Shown one piece after another: positions 28,201-40,300 of a stretch of DNA of 64,000 nucleotides. This DNA comes from Pavona decussata. Lineage: Eukaryota. The DNA is taken from positions 434,001 to 498,000 of the forward strand of contig CDRNST010000308.1 of assembly GCA_977016875.1 (NCBI GenBank), in the 5' to 3' direction. The notes below the pieces were generated by a model that was given only the letters and a program-made list of their open reading frames with translations, was not told the DNA's origin and made no database searches. How positions within the stretch are numbered: position 1 is the stretch's first letter; every line of letters starts with the position of its first letter. Position numbers and translations under genes: made by a program.

Positions 28201-31200
28201 TTCTCCTTTGCTTTGAGTGGTATCGCTCGGTTTTTGGTTCTATACAAATTTCCATGAGCCACAACCGACTTCATTTGGATGCTTGGTTTGTCAACAGATT
28301 TGATAACTAAAGGTGAATTAGCCACAGTAAAGACATTCGAGGGCTGATTTTTCGAGATTTAGCCCTTCGCATCTCTTTACGGTGGCTAATTTACCTTTAG
28401 TTGTCAACTCTGTTGATAAAACAAACATTCGCTCCTACGCCCCACCAACGCAGTACGGCATTTTCCTTAGAAACTAACCAGCTTATCTACTTTTAGTATA
28501 AATCTACTTGTGTTCTATCACGAATGCCGTTCTCTGATTGGCCACGCTACTCACTATCTATCTGTGATAAATAGTGAGCAGCGGTTTTCAACAAAATGGC
28601 GGCCGCTTCGTCGCGTTTTCGAAGTATCTGCGATGAGGAAATAGATAATTTACTTGTTCAGTTTTGACCGACTAGTAGATTTATACTAAAACAATTAGAT
28701 GATTTTGGCTGCGCCCTCATCAGCTATCACGCGATAGAAATGTCGAGCTCATAATCTAATTGTTAAATAGACTTTATTTGAGACTGATACTGAGACGGAA
28801 AAGACAAATTACTGCCTAATTTCAACAAAGCAGCGTTCAATGAACGAATGCTTCCTTTTCGCTTTAAATGATATTTTTTGGCCTAGTAGTATGAAAGCAG
28901 TTCAGTCTGCCGCAGTTCAACTCAACTTGTGACCGATATAAAGACAGAAAAGGCAAACAACCACCTAACCTTAATATAGCTGTGTTTAAACATGCGTGCT
29001 TCTCACTTGCAGGCACTGCCGAGAGGGTGAAAGGGGGGGGGGGGGGGGGGAAGGGATGCTTTGACTTGTCCACTAAAGTGGAGTCGATGCTTGCTTGTTT
29101 GAAAACAACACAAATAATTCCTGCCGTACTTCAAGGAGCAATTTCAGCTTTTCGGAAACGGTAATTAGGTTAATTCTTTGAATAGAAAATCTTCAAGTAA
29201 AAATTTAGCTTTAGTTAAAAGCTAATTGAGGCCATCGCACCCCACTGTTAGACTTACTGACATACTCCGTCAGAGGTCACATATACCATAGTAACGACTT
29301 TATAACGTTTTTCTTTGAAATGCCAAAGTTAATGCCATGCCCTCTAATACAGAGGTATTTTGCGCCGTATATTACTATGTTAAAAAATAAAAGATCTTAG
29401 CAAGGGATATTGGAATACAAACAAGCAATCGAAGATACCCATAACCTGCATAGCTGGCGGTTTTGTTCGCACGGGGTCATAGGTTTTGGCGGCAAAGCCA
29501 CGGGAGGAACGGCCTCTTCCTCATTCCACTCGCCCCTTCACCGCTCGCTTCAGCGTTCTCCCCCGCCAAAACTTTTGACCCCGCGCGAACAAAACCGCCA
29601 GCTACGCAGGCTAGGACAGCCACGGATAACAACATATGGGATATTTTCCACATCGAAGCTTAATAATTTCTGAAAAATGTGTGGCCACCCCTAATTTACT
29701 TGTTGGATTCTTATTGATATGTCTATTAAAACATATCTTGGGCCTGGCTAACCAACACGGCCATGCTTCATAGCCTTTGAGTGTGTTCGGCTGGGTAGAG
29801 AAGGCAAAATAACAGCTGATCTACCGCAACTCGGATCTGAAAGCTAAATCTTTACCTTCGTCTTTCGCGCACCGAGCCGTTCAATTATTAAGTATCAGTC
29901 TGGACTTAGTTGTTCAAAGAGCGGATAATTTTATGCACTGGATTGGTCGTTATCCAGCAGATAAAGAGTGTCCAAGCATTTCCCTATAGACCCTATGCAA
30001 AAATGGCTGGCATTTTAATATTCTCTTGTCTGCATTGAAATTAGCATCTCTAGCCTCGTTCAAGGTGAAATATTCTTTTAATTTTTGAACTCAAGAACGA
30101 GGTTAGTAAGGCTTATTTGAATGCAAACAAAAGAACATTAAAATGTCCGCCTTTTTTACATAGGATCTACAGCTTACAATCTGTGAATAGAGTAGAAGCG
30201 ATGTGTAATTTAAGTATGGGGATTGTGTGGAAATCTTGCCAAAAACGTTGGTTGGAGTATATTTGCACCGCTGGATAGCGACTTATCCACTGTATAATGT
30301 TATCCGCTCTTTGAACAACCAGGGCCTGATGCTTACAACAGTGAGTACAGCTTGGCCTGGATGAGCCAACACCCAATCAGAGTAAACTGAAGTGTTGTAA
30401 TACATTAAGCACATCTTTACACGCCTGTAAAAAATAAAATAAAATAAAGTAAAATAAACAAATCAATATTTTCACAGTTGAGGACTTGTCATTTAACAGT
30501 TTTGAGGGTAAATTGGCCACCGTAAAGAGATTCGAGCGCTGACGTTTCGAGCGTCAGCCCTTAGTCAGGGCCTTAGCCCTAAGACCGCCAGCGCCAGCGC
30601 TCGAATCGCTTTACAGTGGCCAATATACCTTCAGTTATCAACTCTGTTGATAAACCAAACATTCGTTTCTACTCTCCACCGACGCTGCACCGTAGTGTCT
30701 TCAGAAAGTAACCCCCTTACCCAGTCAAAGAGCGTTTACAGGTGAAAGTGTCTTTTTTTTTATAATACTTACATTTTGACAGTCTCGTACATTGCCAGCT
30801 CAACATTGTACAGCCAAGACTCCACAGTTCCACGAGCCCTTAAAGTCCTATCAAAATGGAAAATATGAATTACAAATGAAATGAACAAAACGCAAAATAA
30901 AATAAAAACTTATGCAACAGACACTATACAATTACACTTGTTACTCCCTCATTTAACACGGGAATATGTTTTATTTTCATGACAATCTGACCCAAAAGAA
31001 GTTGTCGAGCATAACGAGTTGATGTTTAAGACAACAATCATGGCACACTCCCTGTTAACCACTTGATTTCATAGGAAGATAAACGTTGCAAGGTAAAAGT
31101 GGCTGGCACTAGCTCCTATCACTTTCTCGACAATTTTTAAAAGCTTAAAAGCTGCCTCTAAACCCCTCCCGACCAAATTTTTTTTTTAACTTTGCAAAAA

Positions 31201-34200
31201 GTTGTATCTGAACACTAATAACAGTTCCATAATAAACTCGGGGGTCATGAAACTTGTTTTTGAGTTACAACCACATAAAGTTAACTTAAGGCGTGCTTTG
31301 GACAGGATGTACTGTTGCTATGGTAACCACTTGTTGGCCAATGATTAGGCAACTGTTTAACACCATCATTGTTGTATAAAATGATAAAGAGTGGTAGTGT
31401 CGATCCATCAAAGTATAGTTCAAGAAAAGTGCCTCGGGAGAAAGCTTCTTCATTTCTTGAAAGACAAGCAGTTAAAGGGCCACGCTCACGACGATTTTGC
31501 TGTATTTTGGTAAAAACTGCTCAAATTTTGATAAAGAACCTGTTTTGTTTCATGAATTGCCCTTACAACACCAGGAAGAAAATATTAAGGTTTTTCTCCC
31601 AGGAAAAACTTTTAGCGACTTCTCAGGGAGAACTGAAAAAATGGGCCAATGTTTTCAAGCTACAATCCACTTCCATCCTAGCCATCCTTAGCCAAACGTA
31701 ATTAAGGACGGTGCCTGCTAATAACGAAGTATTTTTCTGCGTTTTATGACTATGCGGGAAAAGTAGATCTTAGCAAGGGCTATTGTAATCCAAAACGAAA
31801 ATTAGGGGTAACCACGCATTTTTCAGAGATAATTAAGAAATAATATCTCTAAAAAGCGCCAAAATATAAAGCAATGTATGGGATTTTTTCCTAAATTGAA
31901 GCTTAATTATCTCTGAAAAATGCATGGTTACCACCAATTTTCTTTCGAGATACCAAAAGCATTTGCTAAGTTCTGCTTTCTCCGCATAGTTTTAAACCGC
32001 GCAAAAATATTCCTGTCTTAGCAGGCACCACCCATAGGATACCCGAGCATCTCGAGATGCACAGAACGTATGCGCAGTGACAAAAGTAGGCACCTTAATA
32101 GTAGTTGTAGAGCATCCGCACTAGTAATCGGAAGGTCTTAGGTTCGACTCCTGATAGGAACACTCGGAATTTCTTTTTCCGAGTTTGCTTGTGTCATTAC
32201 TGAATAATGCATCATTCTCATTAATCAATACTAGTTTCTGTGCACTAAAAGGGTTATTGTTAACAAAACTGAACCATTATTTAAATGACTTCTTTCGGTT
32301 ATTCATAGTGACACTGTCCCTTCAAACTAAGGCATTAGTTTCCTTACTTTGGCAGCTGGACACTCTCTCCCTCCTCTGAAGTCATGGTTTGGATTTGCGC
32401 CGGCGAATGAGCTTGGCGATAAATGCCAAGCTGGTGAATATTACCAAAACACTTTCTCAGGTGGGGCTGCCATGAAAGAAAACAAAGAGAGTCGATTCAG
32501 TAATTATTACATGAAATATTACTCACCTAAGCCGAGAGACCCACACAACTGGGTCACTGGTATGTGGATTTAGGGTCCGTTCAATTGACCCTATTCCGGA
32601 ACAGGAATAAAATAAAATAAAAATAAATCACTTTATTTAAGTGTCGATGTCTTCAGCGCAGAGCACTAATTGGCGACACTTTCCAAATCGAATTGGAATT
32701 TAGATGCGTTGGTTTTTAAGGAGAGGGGAAAACCGGAGAAGTTATCCACAACTAAGAAGTTATCGACAACAGTTTTCCTCGCCGTCTGTGCAGGCCCTTA
32801 GTAGTTGTGGCGGCAAAAGACAGGATTTGTGTCTTGAACAAACCTGCACAGCATTAGGATTCTTGCTGTTTGCTAAGATGTCAAGCAAGTCTTCATTACT
32901 GAGGAAGTAAAATCTGGCAAACACCAGCCTCTTGGTTTCAAGGTAGTCCTTGAAAGAAAAAAAGAATAAGTAAACATTAGCACTTGCAACAAAGAAATCT
33001 CCAACATGTGCTTTCACGTATGACGGATAGAAACTTGGAATTGAGCCACTTTTAACGAACATGTTTAAGCGCTTGGCCGGCCATGACTTTGAATATCTTT
33101 TCACGCGTGCTAGTTGGACATATTTGGTGTTTGTTAACAAAACGACATTCACTAGCAATTTTCATAGTAAAATTTTTGCTACTTAAGCCACTAACTCAAC
33201 AGACCCTTTTCAACACAAATATAACCGATACCTGGGAACTTGAAATGGCAAAGAACAAAGTGATTATTGTAACTTCTCCAGTTTGTTTTTGCAAAGGATG
33301 CATTTTTAACCTCAAGAAGGACAAGGTTGTTCTGTAACAAAGGTGTTTTTCAAGTCATTAATTTTAGCTGGTGTCTGTCATCACCTGTTACGTGATTGGC
33401 TGCAGCATTTAGCGGGCGGGCGACACGATTTTGCGAGGTGATGTACATTTTCATCGTTGCAGCAATGTAGCTTTCTGAATAATGAAACAACTCCCATCTT
33501 TGGCAAGCTAAAGGTAAACTGTAATGAATTTTAGGACCTTTTTTCTCAGTCTTCCACGGAAAATACAACCTTTAAAATACTAAATATGCCCACCTCTAAG
33601 CATCGATGGATTTTCTCCAAGTGAGAGTTACTTGCTTGCAGGACTTCCAGTACTCCTTGAGAGGACAGAAAATTAAAACAATGTATTTAAAATTGCAACT
33701 GCCACACGTATGAGTTATTCCTAAAATTAGACGTTGTATTGTAACAGCAAAAGAAGTTAAATTCATCATGTAGCAGCTCACAAATTTACTATCCCAATGT
33801 TGTTTATTTTTTCTTAATTTGTTACCAACTGTATAAGCCCTGTAAGTACAGAACGGCGTTGCTAATAAAGGTCTCCGATGTAAGAGAAAAATAGAGCGAG
33901 AAACCGGAAACGGAGGACAGAGAGGCAGGAATTGGGATAAAACTGCATTTTTTGGTTGTTGCGGGCATTAGAAGAACAAGGAAAAATATCAGGTCCCGGT
34001 TGTTCAAAGAACGAATAATTCTATCCAGTGGATAAAATGTACTTTTACTAATACATTTTACCCGCTAGACAGCGACATATCCTCTGGATATAGGTATCCG
34101 CTCTTTGAACATCTGGGGCCTGAACAATGCATAAAAATTCATGATAGCAAAAGCACAAGGAGGTGGCTGGGTAAGTAACTGTGAGTAAACGCTAAGGAAA

Positions 34201-37200
34201 ACAGCAAGTTTAAATGAACCCCTTTGTCCTTCCCGCAATAATTAAGCCAGCTCTCTTACCGGCAGCTGTTGAAGCCCTCAGTGCATTTGGTTTATCAATA
34301 GTTCTTCTCATGATGTCTTTCCATGATTTGTCCACTTGAGCAAACAAACGAGCCTCATTTGGTAGCTGCCTGCAACGAATAGGAGCCGAACTGATGACAA
34401 TCATTTGCGAGGGTAAAATAAAAACTTCCTCCATTAAAAACTCCACACAAGCCAACATGCATATGGTTATTTGATATCAAATTTTAAATCTCAACACTCA
34501 CGAGAGTATTTATGAGGTTTTTTTTTTTGTTGGTGAGCACCTGCTAGATAATTCCATACTTCACTAGCTACACTAGCTTTCCCCAACGTAAAGCAGCTTT
34601 GAATACTGTTTCTAAGAATTTGTGCATTTGGGTGATCACGATTAGCAGCGGGTACCATTGTCCCTCTAGTCAATTACTACTTTTGACCGTAGAATAAAGC
34701 TGTCATCCTATCATCAAACTGTATCATAAGACAAGCGAGTAGACACAACACCTGTTCATACGACCACCTCAAAAAACTATAACGCAAACCGAATGTTGTG
34801 TGAAACCCTGTAGTAACAACCCATCTGTACTAAGGGGGGGGGGGGGGGCCTTCCCCTCCTTAGCACACCCCACGGTGACATCTTTCCTCACATCAATCGT
34901 ACCTTTGAATGTCTGCAGCTGAAAAGATAGTTTCCAGGTAAAGCCAGTTTCGCTGACAGAGAAGCCATTCATCCAATGTTCTGGCAAATAGCTTCAGTTT
35001 CCTATCCCAGTCTTCCACTAAGGCCTGTAAATCAAAAAGCAGTTTCTCTACAAACTACTGGCATCTCGTTTAATTAGTACGTATTGTTTTTTTTTTTTTT
35101 TTTTTAGTGTGCAAAATGTTGAACAGTCTATGGATGGTTTGCATGTGACGTCATAGCGGCCAAGTTGGTGTACAAGAACAAAAAGATTTTTCTCCTCTGG
35201 GAGTTAACTTCCATTTTTATGCAAACTTTATATTTACATTTACATTTACATGTTATTTGTTCGGTAAAATCATTAAATATCACACCAACCGTTCACTTTG
35301 TGAACAATTTTTCTTTTGCATTGTACAACCACATGGCAGCAATGCAAACCACCCATTCCAACATTCACCATGGTGTGATACACTATTCAATTTTCATTGA
35401 AAGCAACAGCAACACCTGTCGGTCAAGTTAAACTGCATAACACTGGCTTACAAGCGCCTCCAAATACAAAGGTTTTTTTGCCCGGTTTCTGACTGTGCGG
35501 GAAAAGCAAATCTAAGCAGGGGCTTTTGGTAAGCGTGCGTTTTCAGGGAGATCGTTAGGCGATGATAACGCATTACTTCACAGCAATGCAATTTTTCTTG
35601 GAATGCAGTTTGGATATCTCTGAAAAATATGTGGTGTCTGTTTGGATTCAACCAGCCCTTGCTGAGATCTCCTTTCTCACATAGCCATGGATCACGTAAA
35701 AATACCTTTGTATTAACAGGGACTGTCTTCAAGAAAATCTACTTTTTAGGACCCTTCCCTCCTGTACAAAACAAATGTGTACTAACAGAAGGGGATAATG
35801 TCCTTAAGAGACACTGGATGAATGACAATGAAATAGCAAAGCTTACGATGTTTTCAAGCTTAAAATGTTCTTAGGTACCTTCTAACTACATAAATCCAAG
35901 CACAAATGACACATTTGTCTGAGCATATCTGTACCTTGATAGGCGTGACGAAGCGTGACCCTCTGATGTTAGAGAGCGTGACTTGACTCTCTTCCACAGC
36001 TGTGATGATATCATCGGCTCCTGTGATGATGGCAATGTCACGGCTTGCATGAGCAGCCAACGTGAAATCCGTGTGATTCCAGAAGTCCATCACCTGGAAG
36101 ACAAAGCAAATCTTGTTGAAGTTTTAAAGGTAAATGCATTGTAATTTTAATGTGTGTTGCTTAAAGTGCAACTAACGCATTTTTTTTCCTTTCCCTGAAT
36201 AAAAACTGATTACTTGTGCAAAAAAACAATTGTTGGTAGCATTTTTCTTTGAGCTTTAATGTCCCGTGAAAGTTTCAATTTTTTGGCGGCTCTTTAGTTC
36301 ACCACCACGCAAGAAGGAGAATCGGTCTTAGTTTTACAGTGAGGCCTTTGAAGGACCATAATAGACGATACCAATGCCCTTTGCAACAATTTCGCTTCTA
36401 TTGTGGTCCTTCGATGACGTCACAGTAAAACTAAGAACCATTCTCCGTCTTGCTCGGCGGTGAACCAAAGAACCACGAAAATTTGAAAGTTGACAGGACA
36501 AAAAAAAATCAAAGAAAAATGCTACGAACAAATTTTTTTCGTACAAGTAATCAGGACAACTTGGAGGGTTTTCATTGAGCAAATGAAAAAAAGATGGGGT
36601 TATTCGCACTGTAAGATTTTTCTCAGTGGTAGAAATCAGTACAAAATGTCCGTCCTGTTGTTTCTTGTTTCACATGTCACTCAATGGAATCTTGGGCGCA
36701 ATGGAGACTTGTACAGAAGCGTGTGTGTTCACAAGTTTCGGCTTAATAATTAAATAAATGCAAACAGTTCTTTCACCTTTTGAAGCATTTGCTCCAGCGT
36801 TGCTTCATTGCTGGCCTGGGAGGAGATGTCTGAAATTTTCTCCTTGTGTTGAAACACCTGAGAATGATTAGAAGTTTAAAGAATCAGACAAAGAAAAAGA
36901 ATGTTATCATAACTGTTATAGTTATATTTCAAAACAGTTGTATTTGCTTTCTTTTCATATACTCCAATACATCGGTGAAAGCGAAAAATCTGCGAGTGTG
37001 TTTCCAGGGTTACCCTTAACGGATGACTAAATGTAAACGAATTGTCGTTTCTCCTAGTAGTGAGCTGAAGTTTTGTTACTTGCAATATCTGCATTAGGGA
37101 GCTATCAACAACGGGAGCTGCAATATTTGAAATAGACATTACTAATGTATAAGGAGGTTAGTTTCTACAGAAACTAGGCTGCTGCTTCAGTGGAGGAATG

Positions 37201-37323
37201 GAGGTACTTTTTTGTCATGTTGTAATCAGCTATCTTGTATATTTCTTGTATTTATATTACACCCACTAGCGGGTTCTGTACTGAAGATGAACGAAGTTTC
37301 ATTCTAAATATGCTCACAATAAA

Positions 37324-37394
<71 letters not shown>

Positions 37395-40300
37395 TTATTA
37401 AATCAGAGCGCGGGATGAGGTTATCCTCTATATCCGAGCAGGGGGCTCATGTGTAAAACACAAGACAATAGCTTGGAGCAATTTAACTTACAAAAACAAT
37501 CAAAAAATAAATTCAAGTAAATTAAAAGAAAAAAAAATTAAATATGTCGCAACCTTTCTACTAGACGTTTCGAGTGTCAACCCTTGGTCAGAGCGAATCC
37601 ACGAGGGAGTAACGCTCGAATCGACGAAGAGCCAACGCTCGAAATGTCAGCTCTCGCGGAAGCTCTTTAGGGTGGCCTAATTGCTTTTTCAACTTAGCTG
37701 ATAAAACCAAATATTCACCAACAAACGTAGCTTAAAATTTTACCTGCAGTTGTAGAAGGTGTCCCAGGGTGAAGTACTTGTCACGGACTATGCGTGTTCC
37801 AATAACATTCTGTATGGCCTCCCAGTGCCTTGTTCTCAGTGCGGAATTTCTTAGGCTTGTAATCACTGGCATGCCCTGTTTGAAGTTTGTCACCTTCTGT
37901 TTGAGCTTTGGGACAACTTTGTTCGGTGGTAGACCTGAAACGTATTGATAACTCTATTTCGCACTGATTGCCAGTAATGGGAGACTTCTCCAAGATGAGG
38001 TTATGTTCGATTCATGAGCAGGGGTTAACCTGGAGTGCTGCATTCCGGAATTACCGCAAATTACAATTTTTAGGGGCACAAAATTTGGACGAGTACGTTG
38101 CATCAAATATCACCTTCTGCCGAACACTGGGGCAACTTTGTTGGGACAGGGTGAAAGACCTCAACGGATTGATAAGGCTATTTCTTAGTGACTGGTACTA
38201 ATGGGAGACTTGTCCACAATGAGGTTACGTTCGATTTATGCACAGGGTTTACGTTAGAGTGCAGCACTGCGACATTACCGGAAATTAAGGGTGCATTCTT
38301 TTTGGGCAAACCTGGTATTACTTGATCCTGTTCAGGAATAGTGAACAATTATAACAACGTTATTGCTCATTTACCATGGCCACTAAGCCAATCAAATCCC
38401 TGGAATTGCATCATACAATGATCGAGTTTTTAATATAACATCTAACAGACTGAATATCATCTCCCATTCTGCCTGAAAAGCTTCCCAAAACAGCGCAAGT
38501 TCTCTTATTCTGAGTAGATTCTACTCCGTTCATTCTGCCCCCGATAGCAGGTCGTAGAAAAGATTATTAAAAAAGCAACAGTAATACGTCGATACCTTTC
38601 TCCAACAAGAACACTGTCTGGATAAACCTGGTGACGTCTTGCTGCACCATATCAATCTTTAGGGTCTCAAACGGTGTGGCCTCCCACTGATCGACTAAAC
38701 CTTGCCACTCCTGGAGGGACTCCCACAGAAGGCACCTTAGGGTCAAGTCCTTTTCTACTTCGGTAACCTCCGATTGTAGAGATGTGGCCTGGGGACTGGA
38801 GTGGCCTGTCTGTTTGAGGACAGCTCCCCTGAGAGGAATACAGAGCCATTGAAACTTTATAAAGAATGCACGTAATCACAGTGGAACCTGGTAAATACGG
38901 ACACTGAAAGGGGCACGCAAAAGTGTCCGCCCGTATTAAGCGGGCTCTCACAATTAACGTTGCAGACATATTCAAAGTAGTCCGTGACCTTGTTCTGTAC
39001 TGACATTTTCAGTTTGTGGTTCAGCCAGACGGACTGAATGTTAAACAATTTATCCAGTGCGCAGATAACCAGTGTCAGTAAAGTGTGGTTAACTTTGTAC
39101 GAGAACGTGTCAGTCAGTCACAGGAAAGCGTCCATTATCCGTACTAACCGGTGCTCGTATTTTATTAAGCGGGCTAATGTAAGAGAAAATATAAGAGCTT
39201 TTCGTCGGGACAAACAGAACTTTCCGCAATAAACAGATGAGCGTATTAAGCGGGTGTCCGTAAAGCGGGATTCCCCTTTTTGCAGTTAAGAGAGTGTTGA
39301 AATACGCTTGAGGCAACAGGATCGGTAAGTTATCGAAACTTTCGAGAAACGAGACCCTTTTTAACTTAAGAAACCAGAAAACATCATCCAAACTTACTCA
39401 GACAAAGCCTTCTTCTGCAGTGACGAGGACATGGAACTCCCAAAGCGTTCCTGGTACGTGGCATAATTTCGAGCCTTCGTCGACAAGTTTGCCAAATCTT
39501 CCTTCAGGAGTTTTAGCTTCTCGGTAGCTACTTGAGGAATGCTGTCAACATCAAGCAAAGCAGGGGAACACACCTTGTTCTTTATGACCACGAGTTCACG
39601 CCGTACTGTCCCAATCAAGTCATCCAGTGCTCTGCTATATTGCACTATGTTTTCATCCTTCTTTGCTTCGCAATACAAAATAGTTGACTGTAATATTATA
39701 AGAAAAAGACAGTGGTTGAGTGGTTGCAGTGGGGTAAATGTGCTTGGACTGGACAGTTTTCTGTACAAGTCCTTTTAATCAGGCTTCATTTTCTGTCATT
39801 GAGAAGTAAGCTCTAAACTTTGTAACCAGCAAACGTCTAACAAGGTTCCTAACTTGAGCAATGTTGGCGAAAGTCTAAAGCTTAAAGCATTGTTCACAAT
39901 AGTGACATAACGAAATTTTATGTCTGTATACATGCTCCTGTTTACATTTGCTTGACTTGTTGTTTGGCCATAATAGGACAGATAACATTTTAAACAATTA
40001 AGCAATACTAAATATTTCCCTCTGGTTCTGTTTATTATACTATGCAAGGTGGCTCTAACTTTTGAGCCTGTTATGTGATTTCCAGTTTTTCTTAAGTGTG
40101 AACAGTAAACTGAAAGCTACTACTTAAGCAAAACTACCAGTATGTTGTGGTTCCGTTTGTCGCGCAAACACCTTTAACTTTGAGTGTGTTGATGAACTTC
40201 TTAAGTGTGATAAGGTAAACAAAGGCTACTCGGCGGTTAATTTTCCTTTGGTACTGTTTATTATGTTGTCGAAGGTAATTCTGACTGTGTCCAGGGCCTT

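Noticed and set aside
37968-38201. 77-aa plus-strand ORF with apparently synonymous differences between the duplicated copies
   Set aside because: The second copy has an in-frame TAG and the frames shift between copies; better explained by the acceptor duplication.
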